A stretch of 64,000 nucleotides of DNA from Chlorokybus atmophyticus (GCA_009103225.1 RHPI01001517.1:260505-324504), one strand, 5' to 3'; shown: positions 9,921-23,496, counted from the first letter of the stretch. The notes: a model not told the origin generated them from the sequence alone. Program-made: numbers and translations.

Positions 9921-12900
9921 TTAATCAGCTGCAGATGGCGCACTGCTGCTAGCCTCTGGCGAAGCCTCTGCAGCCAATGCACTTGAGACAGGTGCAGCTG
10001 TGGTAGTCTCATCAACAACAGCAGCAGCAGGCTCCTCCTTCACGGCATCGGCGTAGCTCGGTGCAGGCAGAGTGCGTTGAGGAGGAGGCGGAGGCTGCCA
10101 TTTGGGTTTACCGACCTCACCTCCTTCAGCTGTGGGGGGGGAGGCGCTGCGGCGCTGCGCACCCTGCTGGTGCATCTGCTGGTACCGCTCGGGCGACGGG
10201 CCCCACGGCTTTGCTTGCTCATTTGAGGTCCCTTGTTGAGGTTCTTGACTTGATGCTTGAGATGGACTCGAAGCTGCGGCTGCAGAGGGTTCCTGCTTGA
10301 GATGCTCTGGAGGCATGTATGGGCGAGGTGAGGCCTGCTGAGGGGACATATACTGGGGCTGTCTTACTGGAGACGATGCGCGCTCCCATGGCTGCAATGT
10401 GCATGAGATCAGCAAGGCAACCGCAAAGCAGGAGCAGGTATGCAATGGAAGTGACACCGCCAATGTTTCTACTTGAATGTAAAACCTACGAGACTCGTCT
10501 ACAAGCTGCATGCGCGACGACCACATGAGCCCTTATGTTGGCGGGAGCCAATCTTCATAGATTTTGCTGTGCAGCTTGTAGGCGGCCACTCGATACAGAC
10601 ACAATCCCAGAGCTGCCCCAGTAGCGACAAACTCCAGCCCTACACGTACGCATGCGCCTAGGACTCCGCCGCCCTAGGAGACAGCGCAGTGATGCACTGT
10701 TAACCCCTTGATACGGAAACCTTGCTATTCTACCACGATAACGGCTGAACACCACGGTACTGTGCATGCGTGCCACGCGACATGTGGAAAATCACCAATT
10801 AGCGCATGTCAGCTTCTACGTAGTTTGAGCACAACAGTGGTACAACAGTGGTACAGTGTGTATTTTGCACAGCACAGATTGTTTGCCAGCAGAGCACGCA
10901 GCTTGTGACTGTACCTTGGGTCTAGAGCGCAGGCGTGCTTCACTGGGCAACTGGCTTGGATTGGGTGCTTTGTCATTTACATCCTGCAGTTGCTTGGGCA
11001 TTAGTGAGTGCCCAATCAAGTTTATGACCAAGCGCAGTTTGATGGTAGCACCAGAGCTGACTACTTACCCGAATGTTGGGGGGCTTCTCCCCTTTCTCAA
11101 GCATCTGAAGCACGTCCATGTAAGACTGCGGGTGGGGCGGCTGCGGTAACGCTGATGTGTTGGATGGGACAGACTTGTGGTGGTCCACTGCCAGGGCCTC
11201 CCCATGGTCCCCATTTGCAGAGTGCCAGTCCGTCTCGGGAGCGCTCACTGGTCTCGTCGCCTCAACCTTACCATAGTGCTGCTCACAACGAATGGACTCA
11301 GTGTTAGCACTTCCATGGTGACAACAACCTTGCTTCCGCAAATCGCATTTAGCAGAGGGTCAAGATGCAACTGGCATGCACTTGCAGACGGGCATTGTAC
11401 CGTTGGCTGTGAAACTTGCACAGAGCGCCCGGCATCAACGCGATCAAATCTCTGTTCAGGTGTCCGGCTATGCTGTGGGCCGGCTGGAGCTAGATGGCTT
11501 GGCCGCTGTGGGCTGTTAACCAGAAGAGCCCTAATCTCTGACAGCTCAGACTTCACTTCTTCAGGTCTATGTATATTGGGACTGATTGGTCAGTTGTTCA
11601 CAGATGTCATTATTGTTGAAACAAGTGCACGAACTGTCCTTACGTGGTTCCAAAAACAGGCATCAAGGCGTCTCATACTGAAACACGCAGCAGAGCGCAA
11701 TGCAAGTGGCGTCTTCTATAAGCGTACCTGACAGTTTCAGGCATGTATTCTGATAGCACAGCTGCAAACCCACGGAGCTCTGCCGAACAACATTATCAGC
11801 AGCTTGCCACCAGACTTGCCTATCAGTGTCTGTGCTACATGCAGAAAGACCTAACACACTGGAGTTCACCGCAACACAAATCACTGAGCCACACCCACTG
11901 ATAGGACACACCTTTCCGCAAATCATCACGCGTTATAGCGCCAGTGTGCTCAGCTTTGCTTGTTGTGGCTGTGGCCTCTGCGAGGGCCCGTATGGACTGG
12001 CTCAAAGATAGAAGCTCTTGGGTTTGACGGTCCATGAGCGTCTCCAATCGAGCACGTTCTGCGCATAAGGCAGGGGAAACCAGTTGCAGCATGACCACAA
12101 ACCACACATATGAGTCAAAACTATGCAGTCGGTCACTGAGTGCATGCCCTTGAACAAGGTCCTAGTCAGATGCAGGTGCACTGCAAGACAATAAGTGCTC
12201 AATTCTGGTGCTAGATGAACACAGCAAAGGCAAGACTGATAAATTGGTCACGTCTCAACACGTAATGTGTGCACATGCTTTGCACTCTAACAGGTACATT
12301 TACACTCTACATAAGTACACCAAGTCTATGAAGAGGCTGCATACAGATTGGTATATGTTATCTGCGCAAGCCTGCATGTGAAAGTTCACTGTGTGACATT
12401 GCACTCAATTGTTGACTTGACCACAACTGGCAACAACAGGCAAGCATCCACTTACACCCAGCTTTACTACTCTGCAAGTAACATACATTGACAAGCTTAC
12501 CATCTGTAAACTTCTGTGTTGCTGCAGTCACAGCAGCAGCAGCAGCTTCTGCTGCTGCCTGCTCAATAGCCTTGGCCTGAGCCTGCAAGCGACATGTGCT
12601 TGTTTGCACAAGTCTCAACAAAGTGACCCAACTCACTGCCACCGCACTGCTTGAGAGGCTTACCGCCTGTTGGGCCTGTGTTGGCTGTGTCCACTTGTCA
12701 AAGTAAGGTTGCAGATGTGGTCTCAGCGTCCGCTGCAGGTCAGGGAACCATCAGGAAACAGGAAAATTGTCAATGTATGCACCCTGGCCAACTTGGAACC
12801 ATGCATACCACTTGTCAACACTTACATGCGCCAGAACTGCTGCTCCGGTAGCTGCACCAGCGGCCAGAACAGCCTGCGTCCAGCGCACCCCTTGCCGCTT

Positions 12901-13958
12901 TGGCACGGGGGCAGCTGCTAGAGGCTGCACTGGCGCAAGCTGGTGCGGGTATCGCGCTTGCTGCCAAGGTGGTGGACGACGCGTGGTTTGTGGCTGAGCA
13001 GGAGCGGATGAGGGGGGCGGAGCAGAAGTTGCGGGCGGATTGCTACTTTGGGTAACGTCCTGCACAATTCCGCACACAAACATGCACTAAACGTTCTGAA
13101 CAGCAAACACAATCAGCAAACACATTCAAGATAATTGCACTGACTGTAGTGTGAACACAATAGCCAACACACCTGAGCAGCCCGCGATATGGCAGCGTCA
13201 ATCTCTGCATTGGTCAGGCCCTTTTTGTCCAGGAAGGAACGGCGCTGTGCGAGAGGGGCATCGCGGACCTTTGGGTGCACGAGGAATTTCACTGCATTGG
13301 CCACCTGCAGAATGCACAGGATTGATTGTTAATAATGGCGAGCCAAGCACTGACTGCACTTACACTGACCACATGCTTGGATGCTGCATGCGATGTTGAT
13401 AGTGGCAGCAATCTGAGCAAGCACCCACCGCAAAATCACTAGCCAACAACGTTAAGCAGACTACACAAAATTCATTGTCAATTTGAGAGGCCAAGCACTG
13501 GCCGCACTAGCCACATGCTTGATTGCTGCATGCCATGTTGAGTGTGACAGCTACCTGAGCAAGCAAGCACCCACCCAAGCACCCACCGCAAACTTGCTGA
13601 TCGACATCGACGAAGCGTGATAAGAAGGCATGCCTATCAGTCTAATGCGAGGCACATGCGTTGAAGTCGGAGGAATGCGTGTGCAAAGTGCAACGAGTCG
13701 TAAGTCCAATTGACGCTGACCGCGACACTTCCGTCAGCTTAAACAATCTACAAAACAAGAACGCAGCAGACCCTGCTGCCCTACCTGATCTTCTCTTAGG
13801 GCAGCGGGAGGTGGCGCCGCTTCTGCGGGCTTCGCTACATCCTCAACAACACCCGTTGCGGCACTGTCTAGCAACGGTTCCGCGGCATTTGGCTGCTCGA
13901 CAGCACCCTCAATCCCCGCCCCCGTTGCAACCTCGCCGCCGCCGCCGCTGTCGGCCAT
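9921..13958 (-). CDS. PEX14: Peroxisomal docking protein Pex14 (multi-exon)
   Basis: Exon 13958-13785 (MADSGG...LREDQ|GTAGG) joins exon 13304-13173 (VANAVKFLVHPKVRDAPLAQRRSFLDKKGLTNAEID, the Pex14_N domain). Exon 13060-12826 holds the hydrophobic RWTQAVLAAGAATGAAVLAH segment, followed by coiled-coil exons, plant-type PPHPQSYMDVLQMLEKGEKPPNIR|DVNDKAPNP...RPK|PWE and a TAA stop at 9923-9921. Confidence 0.95.
13342..13605. repeat. Diverged about 148-bp period duplication inside PEX14 intron 1
   Basis: GCCAAGCACTG...CCACATGCTTG..TGCTGCATGC.ATGTTGA...TGAGCAAGCACCCACCGCAAA starts at 13342 and again at 13490. Confidence 0.75.
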
Positions 13959-14207
13959 GCCAACCACCCCCGCCACCGCCCCCTCCCCCTATGCTGATGA
14001 CGTGGATAAGAACGACATGTAGTCCAGCGTGGATAAGCACAACGTTAGCCCACATGCACATGTTGGGAAACCATGACACTCGACCAGTTGTTGTGTCACC
14101 ACACGTAGACACAACATGTGCGCGGGAATCCAACATGATGCGCTCGCCCTGTTACTTAGGGTTTGATTGACATCAAATCGCTCAGCTGTAACGACGTGGC
14201 AGTGGCA

Positions 14208-15413
14208 ATGGCGTCGTTGGCGGCGGCGGCCGTGGTGAAGGCAGGGGCGGGGTTGGAATTGCCGTTGAGGGGGGTGGGATCGCCTTTGCCTGCCAGGAGG
14301 ACGGCAGTTAACACGCTGCCCAGTTTGAACGGAAAGTCCAGCGGCGTTTGCAGTGGTAGGAGGCGAGGTAGCATCCCCGCCGCTGCCGCCAGGACGAGGC
14401 GCTGCACAGTCACTTGCTCGGCGGTCGCCGCCGGTACTGATGACTCGGAGGCTACGTACAGCGCCGGTATTGTGCGATCTGCGCAAGAAGGCCAACCTGA
14501 GGTTAGCTGGACAGTGGGCATGCATTGCACAATGCATTGCATGCCCATTGCAACAAACAGAAACATGCCGATAGCAAACTGATTCCCCCGCCTTCCACAC
14601 TTTTTTTTAAGTTTTGTTTGGTATTGAGGCTCGTCAAGCCATGCTGTGTATGTGTGTTCTCGCTTTTAGCTCCCACCCAATCTGCATGAGTAGCGCGGCT
14701 GATGCCGCACAATGTGTTGCATTGTGTTGCATTGCCCCTTCAGCTGTGATGATTCTCCATTGACAACACCTGCTGCCTTACTTCGCTAAATGAGACTCGT
14801 GCTTGGTCTTAGGAAGCATTGAAGTTGTGGGAGTCCATGCGCGCTGCGGGCCTTGCGCCAGCAGCGCCCGAGACATACAGCGCGCTGTTCCGTGCTTGCG
14901 ATGCAACTGCTCAGCCTGGGAATGATCATGCCTGGCAGAAGGCTTTGGAGGTCAGGAATGTCATGGCAGAGGTGAGTTTTTGTTTTGTTCTCTTCGGATC
15001 CATTGCACACTGTTCAAGGTCGCGTGTGCATAATACCAGTGCTTTGTGACTCCAGATTGGTTTGAATCAAACCACAGAGACATACGACGCTTTGATCGAC
15101 ACATGTGAGAAGTGCGGCCAATGGGAGAAGGTAACGTCGCCTTGAAGTTGTGCTCGTTGGGCTCATAGTTTATTTAAACATGCAGGGCTTCCAATGGTCG
15201 TTGACTTACATTGGTCGTTGACTTACCTGACTGTCACAGGCCCTGGATTTGTTCGAGGAGATGAGGCTGGTGCATGTTGCTCCGGATGCTACCACTTTCC
15301 GCTTGATCAAGAAAGCCAAGGACACGATCAGGTTGCTTCGCTCCACAGCAATTTTCCTTGGTTGGTACGCGCTCATAGTGACATTGTTCATAGCGCTGCG
15401 GCTTCAACATTAG
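14208..15413 (+). CDS. Small plastid-targeted pentatricopeptide repeat (PPR) protein with C-terminal hydrophobic helix
   Basis: Ala/Ser/Arg-rich transit peptide ending ...TVTCSA. PPR-like motifs ALKLWESMRAAGLAPAAPETYSALFRAC, TETYDALIDTCEKCGQWEK|ALDLFEEMRLVHVAPDATTF. Last exon 15240-15413 ends TAIFLGWYALIVTLFIALRLQH*. One small internal exon is uncertain. Confidence 0.85.
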
Positions 15414-16494
15414 CACTGGTGTTCATGGTTGCTCCGTCTTCTAGTGTAACTCTACTATTCCTGCCAGTTTTGGACAGTTTTAGCATATTGTATTGATTTC
15501 TTGCGGGTGTAACATGTGCTCCTCACATGTTCACTACCAAAGCTTGTTGTGTTAGTGCTTCTGGTCACGTTGCTAATTTGATAACGCGGGTTGCGCACCG
15601 TGTTACCTTTGCATACTTACTGTAGCATAACATCTCTTGTACACCTCACAGCCAGTGCCACCACCTATTTGCCGGAAACTGGCACTGGGCATGTCTTATA
15701 GCTGACTATTAATAATACCCGCATAAACTTCGTATATTCTGGAATGTTTGTGAGTGTAATAGGACTGCCACTGCCCCACGCGCCCCATTTGCAGCCACTG
15801 AACAGGTGTTGCCCATGAGACGGGCGCAGCTATGTCTTGGTCAGACTTGTCAAGACTGCAGCAGCATTGCCACCGCTGGATAAACACCCAACATTGCACA
15901 GTCCACAAATAAATTTTGCGCAGGCAATTGGGGTACTATGGGTGTGCGCACTTGTTGAAGTGACGCGGCCCAGCCGAATGCATGACCTTACGCATGTACT
16001 GTGTTTGTAACAGGGATCTTCTCCCATCAGGTCTACTACTAACTAATCAACTAACTGCTACTGACTATGAAACTAATGAATATTCTGCACTTATCCACTC
16101 CAGGATATGCACAAAAACCACCACTGGATCATGCAGTGTACACAACTGCTGCAGATGTATGCATGTGTGCACAACATGCGGACGCATCCAACTACCCCAA
16201 GCTCGTGTGGGCGCATTCAGTATGTGTCCATTGTCCAGTACTCGGGTGCAGCGAATGCTCCATGCAACGCACGGCAACTTTTTGCATACTAAACAGAGCA
16301 ACACTCACACGCGCGCACTCAACACACGACCAATTCGCAAAGCTCCAGACTCCAGACGTATCAACCAACAATTGTTCAGCAAGAGTAAAAAGTCACAGTT
16401 GTTGTCCTGGCGCCCCGGGGGAGAATCAACTCAACCACACTGTACAATACCGTGGATACTCGGCCTGAGCTGCATGACGTGCTGCTCTGAGCCT

Positions 16495-17057
16495 TTATTC
16501 CTTCTTGTCGGAAGACAGCTCTTTCTTGGTGTTCTCCTGCTCCGCGTCCGCCGCCTTCTGCAGCTCCGTCTGGAACTCCTTGGCGCCGTCCTGGAAGGAC
16601 TTCACGGTCTTGCCTAAAGACCTGCGAGCAACCGACACGCAAGCGTAAGCAGACAAGCACAGCCAAGAAAAGCACATGCAAGTGTAGGTTGGGTCGCTTT
16701 CTCTCACACCTGCCAAGCTCAGGCAGCTTTGAAGGTCCGAACAGCAGTGCCGCCACGCCGGCCACGACCACCAGCTCAGGGACGCCCAGGCCGAAGATGC
16801 CGCAGACGACGAGCGACCGGGGCCGACTCTACCAAACAACCAGAGCGTCAGTCTAGCCCCACACGCTCGCCCCCGACAACAACCAGCAGGGCAACCCTCC
16901 CGCCGCTGACACTCACCACAAGCCGTGGCTGCCGTGGGGCAGCAGCCCGCAGCCGCAGCCCGTCCGAGGAAACTCCCGCCGTCCGTCGACCGGAGAACGA
17001 CGCTGAGGAAGGGCTGACCAGCTGCGCCACAGGCGCACACAACATCGCCGCCGCCAT
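16495..17057 (-). CDS. tatA: Thylakoid twin-arginine translocase subunit TatA/Tha4 (3 exons)
   Basis: Transit-peptide exon 17057-16917 (|GTGAGT). Exon from 16828: SLVVCGIFGLGVPELVVVAGVAALLFGPSKLPELGR, then SLGKTVKSFQDGAKEFQTEL...KKE*. Confidence 0.95.
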
Positions 17058-17203
17058 GTTGACGACAAGTATGTCGACTACACGCTCAGCCATGCCGCCG
17101 CTGACATTATCCAAACACGCTGTATCTCGCAAGATAGTATCTGAACGTTTGAAATACCCACCGTAACCAGACACAGAGTGTCTCAGTTACGTCTCACAGT
17201 TGC

Positions 17204-17212
17204 AAACCCTAA
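17204..17212 (+). promoter_or_regulatory. Telo-box-like motif AAACCCTAA upstream of tatA
   Basis: Exact 9-mer about 147 nt upstream of the tatA ATG; function inferred from the plant telo-box. Confidence 0.45.
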
Positions 17213-18111
17213 AGCCTATTCCGCTGCTTGCAGGCGTTGTTTGGCGCGGGCAGCGGTGGTGTGAAGGGGCGGGGAGGGGCCGGGGCTGTGGTAGGTTCTG
17301 GTGTAGTGCTGATCAGCAGTTTTGTTGTCAAACACTTGGGATTAACGGGCGGCCTCCTCCTGCTCCTCCTCCCTCCCCCTTGTCGTCAGGGTGTCGGTTG
17401 GCCCACAGCTGCGGGAGTGAGCGAGCTGCAGGTACGAGAGCTTGCGCATTGTCTCCCTGCTATTAGATTCTGGTTTTCTCATGATCTGTGGTGGTTCTGA
17501 TCATATCTGCTCCGATGTGAATATGAAGCGATTGAATCTGGCTACGGAATGCTGGCTATCTTGTTTCTTTCTGTTGCTATCCTCATCGAACCCTTGTGTT
17601 GTTGAACATTCAGTTTTTGCAGCCATTCAATACGCCTTGAAGTCACTGTTCTTGAGTTGAGGTGCACCATTGGGCCTTGTTTGCTTGCCTGCTATACTTC
17701 TCATAGTTTCCTTCCATGCCTGATATAGCTCAGATTTTTGAAGTTTGTTCACAAGGCTTTAGCTGTGTCATACTGCACTATGCTCAATTCCAACAGTCTT
17801 TCACAGTCTTGCAAACATAACCCGAGTCCCGCCCAGCATTGCGTGTTTCACCCAAAGTCTGGATGCAAAACGGATTTGAGCATTGAGCATCTGCAGTCAG
17901 TGTGGTCTGATCATAAAGAAAAGGAGAAGGAGAGGGGGCAGAAAGACACGTGGTCGCGTAGCAAGTACGGAGGGCACGTTTGCTTCTCAAGTTGATCTGT
18001 GTGTTGCTTGTCATGCAGGGGTGTGTGGCCTGCGCGGCATGGTGATGGTTAGCAGCAGCAACACTCAGTAGCCGCATTGGGTTGTTGTTGTAGTTAAGAG
18101 TCATCCATCCG

Positions 18112-18962
18112 ATGGCAACAGCGGGTGCAAGGCAGGGGCGGCAGGACTATGATTATCTGATTAAGCTGCTGTTGATTGGGGACAGTGGCGTGGGCAAGAG
18201 CTGTCTTCTTCTTCGGTTCAGCGATGACAGTTTTACAACGAACTTCATCACCACAATTGGCATTGACTTCAAGATCCGCACAGTGGATCTGGACGGGAAG
18301 CGCGTGAAGCTGCAGATCTGGGACACGGCGGGGCAGGAGCGCTTCCGGACCATCACCACAGCGTACTACCGCGGCGCAATGGGCATCCTCCTCGTGTACG
18401 ACGTGACCGACGAGGGCTCCTTCAACAACATCCGCAACTGGATCCGCAACATTGAGCAGCATGCCAGCGACGGCGTGGTGAAGGTCCTCGTGGGCAACAA
18501 GTGCGACATGGACGAGTCTAAGCGCGCCGTCCCCACCGCACGGGGACAGGCCCTCGCCGACGAGTTCGGCATACCCTTCTTTGAGACATCCGCCAAGTCT
18601 GGACTCAATGTCGAACAGGCCTTCTTCAACATCGCGCGCACCATCAAGGCCCGTCTCCTTGAAAACCAGGACCACGCCAAACAGTCTGCCTCAACCGGTC
18701 AAGTGCGTGTACACACACTTCGCTACGCATGCTCTCACTCACACGTGTCATCGCTCTCGCATCAAACACTCAATCTGTGCAGCGCATGTGTTTGGACTGT
18801 CCTCAGAGAGATTTTAGCAATATTGTGTGTGTCACCAGCGTCACTGCGTGTTTGTGTATTGGGTCGGGTCGATTTATGTAACGCGTGTTGTGCCACATGC
18901 AGAAGGTGGGATTAACTCAGCAGAAGAAGACATCGAAAGACAAGAGCAGCTGCTGCTCGTAG
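18112..18962 (+). CDS. RABE1: Rab8/RabE small GTPase (canonical)
   Basis: Exon 18112-18702 carries [45 protein letters not shown] and ETSAK. Intron 18703-18902 (GT..AG). Exon 18903-18962 [19 protein letters not shown] provides the prenylation CC motif. Confidence 0.96.
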
Positions 18963-20568
18963 AGAGAAAATGTCCTTGTCATGTGGACACCAGGGCCTGG
19001 AGTTTCAGTTAAGTTGTACAATTCTGCTACTGTATGCATGCAAAATACAGCAGGTTGATAATCTGGACATCAGTCAGTTTGCAGCTGCGCTTATTCAGCA
19101 GATGTGTATTTGTATTGCAATGTTGCCTGCCTTTGCGCGCTTTGCAAACCATTGCATTGCAACAAGCAAGCACAGGCAGGGCGCTCTACGAGGTTCAATC
19201 TTGCACAAGGAGCTTGTTCCTTGTCTGTGTCTATCTGTTGTTTCAATTTCAATGCTGATGATGTTGCTGTACAACGGGATGCAACCAGCCCTTTCAATAG
19301 CATCGTGCTTGTCATTACTGCAACATTCCACATTGTTGCGTACTCATGTGCGCAAGGTGCGTGTAGTGCACTTTTGAGTTGTGGTACACAGTTAGAACCT
19401 GCACAGTCCAATCGTGCAATGCCAGCATGCTGCTTGAAAGTGCAGGAGCATCAGAATGTGTTGTGCATGGCAGGTTGAGTGCATGTTGTCTGGTCATAGC
19501 TCAGCCACATTTTTGACAATGAACTGGGCTTGGCCAGGCACACATAAATATGTGTGCCGCTCCTCTCCCGTGCTATTGAAACACAAATCAGAGACTCCCG
19601 CTCCACACAACAACAAACTCGCATGGGGTGGTGCGTATGCGGGCCGCCTGTGACTTGGAGGTGGGAAGTGCTTGCCAAGAACACCACTCTGCAGTGTCTC
19701 TCTTCCCTTTGCGCTTGACTCTGAGACAGACTCAACAAGGAAATCAACTGCCTGCCTTGGTTCGTTGCTCTCTGTGTGTCTGCTTCCCACTCCCTCTCGG
19801 TGTATCACTACCACATCTGCCTCGGTTTGGTGTGTCGTGTATGTGTAGCTGTCCCCAACTTAAGGTATGTATCAGCATTCAGTTGCTGCGCAGCTGCCGC
19901 GCAATTGCGTACCATGCAATGGCCCCGTCACCTGTCACATCACCCTCTGGTCCAGAGCTGGCCTCGTGTGTAACGGCACCATGCCAACACTCTCTCACAA
20001 ACGCTGGCATTGGCGGACCAACAGAGAGAGGGAGAGTGGGTCAGGCCAAGCCAGACCAACTCAGTCTGTGACACTTCCCTGCTCATTTACAGACACACAG
20101 ACACACATTCTCTCACGCTCTCTCTCTTGGTCTCACTCTCATAAGTGCAGTACAGAGCAGAAGGCCCCAGGTGTGGGGCCAACCCCACAGACACAGGTGA
20201 GAGGAAGGAGGGGAAGACACTGATGAGTGCACATTGGATTGGACAGGGTGGATGCATCTGCGGTGTTGAGGACTTGAGGCCAACTCACTGCGAGCATGCA
20301 TGGTCTTGTCAACCTCCATGCTGCGTATTCTGCTGGGTGTTCAACTGAATATCGCAAGAGCGGAGGGAGTGATTGGTTGTTTGACCTGTTTACAAGTTGC
20401 AGCCGCTCATGGCACATAAAGTTACGCGCACACATGACCAGGCAATAATAAACATTCACATGCGCACACGTGCATGTACATGTAGATAGACACGCACATG
20501 CATTTGAACATGTTTACCTTGCAGACACTGCACATTGGCAGTATCTCTCGTTCCATGGACCTGCAGCG

Positions 20569-21688
20569 ATGACTAGCACGGGGCAGCGCCCCAGCTACGA
20601 CCACCTTATCAAGCTGCTTCTGATCGGCGACTGCGGCGTGGGCAAGAGCAGCCTCCTGATGCGTTTCAGCGACGACCGGTTCCACGTCAGCTACAGGCCC
20701 ACGCTCGGCATCGACTACCGATCACACATGATGGAGGTCAACAACGGAAAGAAAGTCAAGCTCCAGGTGCTGTTGATACCGCTCAGTGTGTAGTGTGTAC
20801 ATGTACGTGCACGCGCGCTAGTGGGCATTGAGTGCATGCGCGTGCAGCTGCGAGTGTGTATGTGCGCGCTGCGCATGAGGCTGTGCGCACGTAGATACAC
20901 GCGTGCGTGTGCTGCGCGTGCGCGTGCGTATGTGCGCGCATGTGTTGTATGTGTATGCGTGCCTGCGCCCGTGTGCGCTCGTGCCGATGCGTGTATGTTT
21001 GCAGCGTGAACATCTGCGACAATGTATTGTGAGTATTTGCGCGGGCGGGCGCCTGTACATCTGTGCATATGTGTCTGTGTGTGCGCGTGTGCATGCATGT
21101 GCATATGTGTGTGCCATTACCTCTTTGTAAGTTATGCTTAATTCTCCTGAACATTTGGTGTCCAGGTTTGGGACACAGCTGGGCAGGAGCGCTTCCGTAA
21201 CATCGCACTGTCTTACTACCGCGGCGCACACGGCGTGCTTCCCGTGTACGACGTGTCCAACGAGGAGTCTTTCGACAATGTTGCCTACTGGATGGGCAGC
21301 CTCAATCATTCCGCGTCGCCGGACATCGTCAAGGTCCTCATCGGCAACAAGCGTGACGTGAACTCAGACCAACGTGTTGTATCAGTTGAACAAGGCAAAC
21401 AGGTGGCTGAGAGATACGGCGTGTCCTTCTTTGAGACGTCTGCAATCAGCGGGGATAATGTGCGGGAGGCGTTTGAGGCCATCACGCATGCGAGTGTGGC
21501 GCAGCTGTCTACATGGAAGGAGAGCGCGCGTAACCAGAGGGTTGTGCCATTGGTGAGTGTGCGTGAGTGCGTGTATTTGCGTGCGTGCCGTGGCATGCGT
21601 GTGTCAAACTTGTATCGCTGGCATGCAGACAGGGCTTGACGGGAATCTGAAGAAGAAAAGTCCAGCCTTGGCGATCTGCTGCACGTGA
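20569..21688 (+). CDS. Divergent Rab8/Rab1-like small GTPase (tandem paralog, 3 exons)
   Basis: Exons 20569-20766, 21166-21552 and 21629-21688 join in frame. Motifs [36 protein letters not shown]; C-terminus ...AICCT*. Confidence 0.9.
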
Positions 21689-22290
21689 TATCACCCAGCA
21701 GGGTCCTGCATGAAACTTGTATCTCACATTGAGCACTATTAGTGGCAGGCAATTGCAACTTCATTTGCAGTTGTTGCTGTCACTGGCTTGATGACAAGTG
21801 ACGGGTGTATTGGCAAAAAAGTAGTATTGCTGGTTTTGCAGTACAAAATCGAGGACTTGTACTTCATACACACTGCTTAATGCCTTCATGCGTATGCACA
21901 CATGTGCCACTACTGTATGGGCACTATCGCACGAGCTCAGGAAGCAATGCTTCTGTGGTGCACATGGTGTGCCTTATGTGTGAACAGCCAACAACAGTAA
22001 TGTGCACCGGTATGGTCGCAGCTCATGACTAGGCACTCCCACTGCATGCAGCTAGGTGTTTGTTTGCAATGTCTCAATTGACGCAGGACTGAAAGCTTCT
22101 GTCCTGTGTCGATGAGTGAGCATTCAAACCATGACGGCTCATTTCATAGCCAGCCATCAACTTGTGACAACAGCAAGCGACGTGATGCAGCAAAAGCACA
22201 TCAGCAAAAATTCCGGGGAAGGAAGGGAGCTGTCAATGATGTGACCAGCAGTCCAAGTCCAACGCAATGTACACACAGTAACATAGCACA

Positions 22291-23496
22291 CTAGTTCATC
22301 CTGCGCACGAGGGCGTTGATCTTTTCAGCGCGGTTGCCGGCGTCTCCACCCTCGATGTAATGGCGACGCTTGAGCTTGTAGCCGCCATTGGGGGAGGAGA
22401 GCTTGAAGGGCCAGAGGAAGTTGTTGACCTCCTTGAAGGCGGGGCCCACGGTGTAAATCTCGTGGATGAGGTCCTCAATGCAGATGATACCGCGGTGGCC
22501 GAGCGCCTTCTCAATGATGGCGTTGTCTGTCAAGGGAGTCCGCTGCTTCTCTACCTTGCCATAACCGCGCTTGTAGATGAGCTCCCGCACCGTCTTCAGG
22601 TTGGGATACCTGTGTCATACACAATTACTCATATTAGTTCCATCCGTAGTTCACCGACTGTGCTCATGATAGCAACAACATGAACACCCACTTGAAATGC
22701 TGCAGAGTACTCAATAAAAAAGAAAAGAAACGAAACAATTGCTGCAGCGTATGCGCACGAAGACTGGTTACAGATCTGCACTCTAGTTCTGTGTAATAGC
22801 AACTAGCGACAGAAGCAAAAACGATTGGGGCGAGATCCGATAGTTGTGGCGGAATTGCCACCCAGAACTGAATGAAGCTAAGGACAGCAGATCCCTGCAC
22901 AACTGCTGCTACTAAAAAAGCTGCTGCCATCATCATTTGCACAGCGCTGTTGCAACCCCAGCAATGCACGGCTGCATGAATTGCAACATTGCAAGCTGGC
23001 TAACAAACAACAAACAAAGCAGCACACCACAAGCTCGATGTAAATGATCAACATATGAAGCACGAGCACATACAAATGAAGGCGATGGATGCGCCTACCC
23101 GTAGGCGACGTAGGGCTCGACGCGCTTGAGCATGGCCATGGTGGCGGCGTTAACGCGGACGAAGACGGCGTTCTGGATCTGGCGGAGGCGGAGCAGCTGC
23201 ATAATCTTCTTTGTGGTCGGGTGCATGTCATTGATACCGCGGATACGGATGACCACAGCCAGGGGTGCCTCCGGCGGCACGTAGAAAGCGCCGCTGACCT
23301 TGGCCTCTCGCCTCAGGCGCACCTCCTCGGCCTCCTTCGTTCTGTACTCCTTCACGTACGCCTCTGCCCTTTTGAACACATCCCGTCGGCTGGCCTTGGC
23401 AGCAGCCGCCTTGGCCTGGGCCGCCTCAACCCTCTTTGCGGACCACTCCTCGTCCCTCCGCCTCTTCTTCAACACCGACTCCGGCACCGGCGCCAT
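22291..23496 (-). CDS. RPL7: 60S ribosomal protein L7 (uL30), 2 exons
   Basis: Exon 23496-23099 [13 protein letters not shown]...EPYVAYG; intron 23098-22610; exon 22609-22291 [18 protein letters not shown]...[19 protein letters not shown]. Confidence 0.98.

Noticed and set aside
18094-18680. Long antisense ORFs over RabE, RPL7, ARH and PEX14
   Set aside because: Shadow ORFs expected opposite GC3-rich coding exons.
20715-21309. Numerous His/Thr/Ala- or Val/Cys-rich ORFs here and in similar tracts across the window
   Set aside because: These are translations of RY-alternating intronic simple sequence, with no domain signal.
22610-23098. Possible intronic snoRNA in RPL7 (minus-strand ATGATGA box C near 22930; short GATCTGC/GCAGATC and AGTTCTG/CAGAACT stems)
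   Set aside because: No downstream CTGA box D and no H/ACA boxes; 7-bp stems are compatible with chance.
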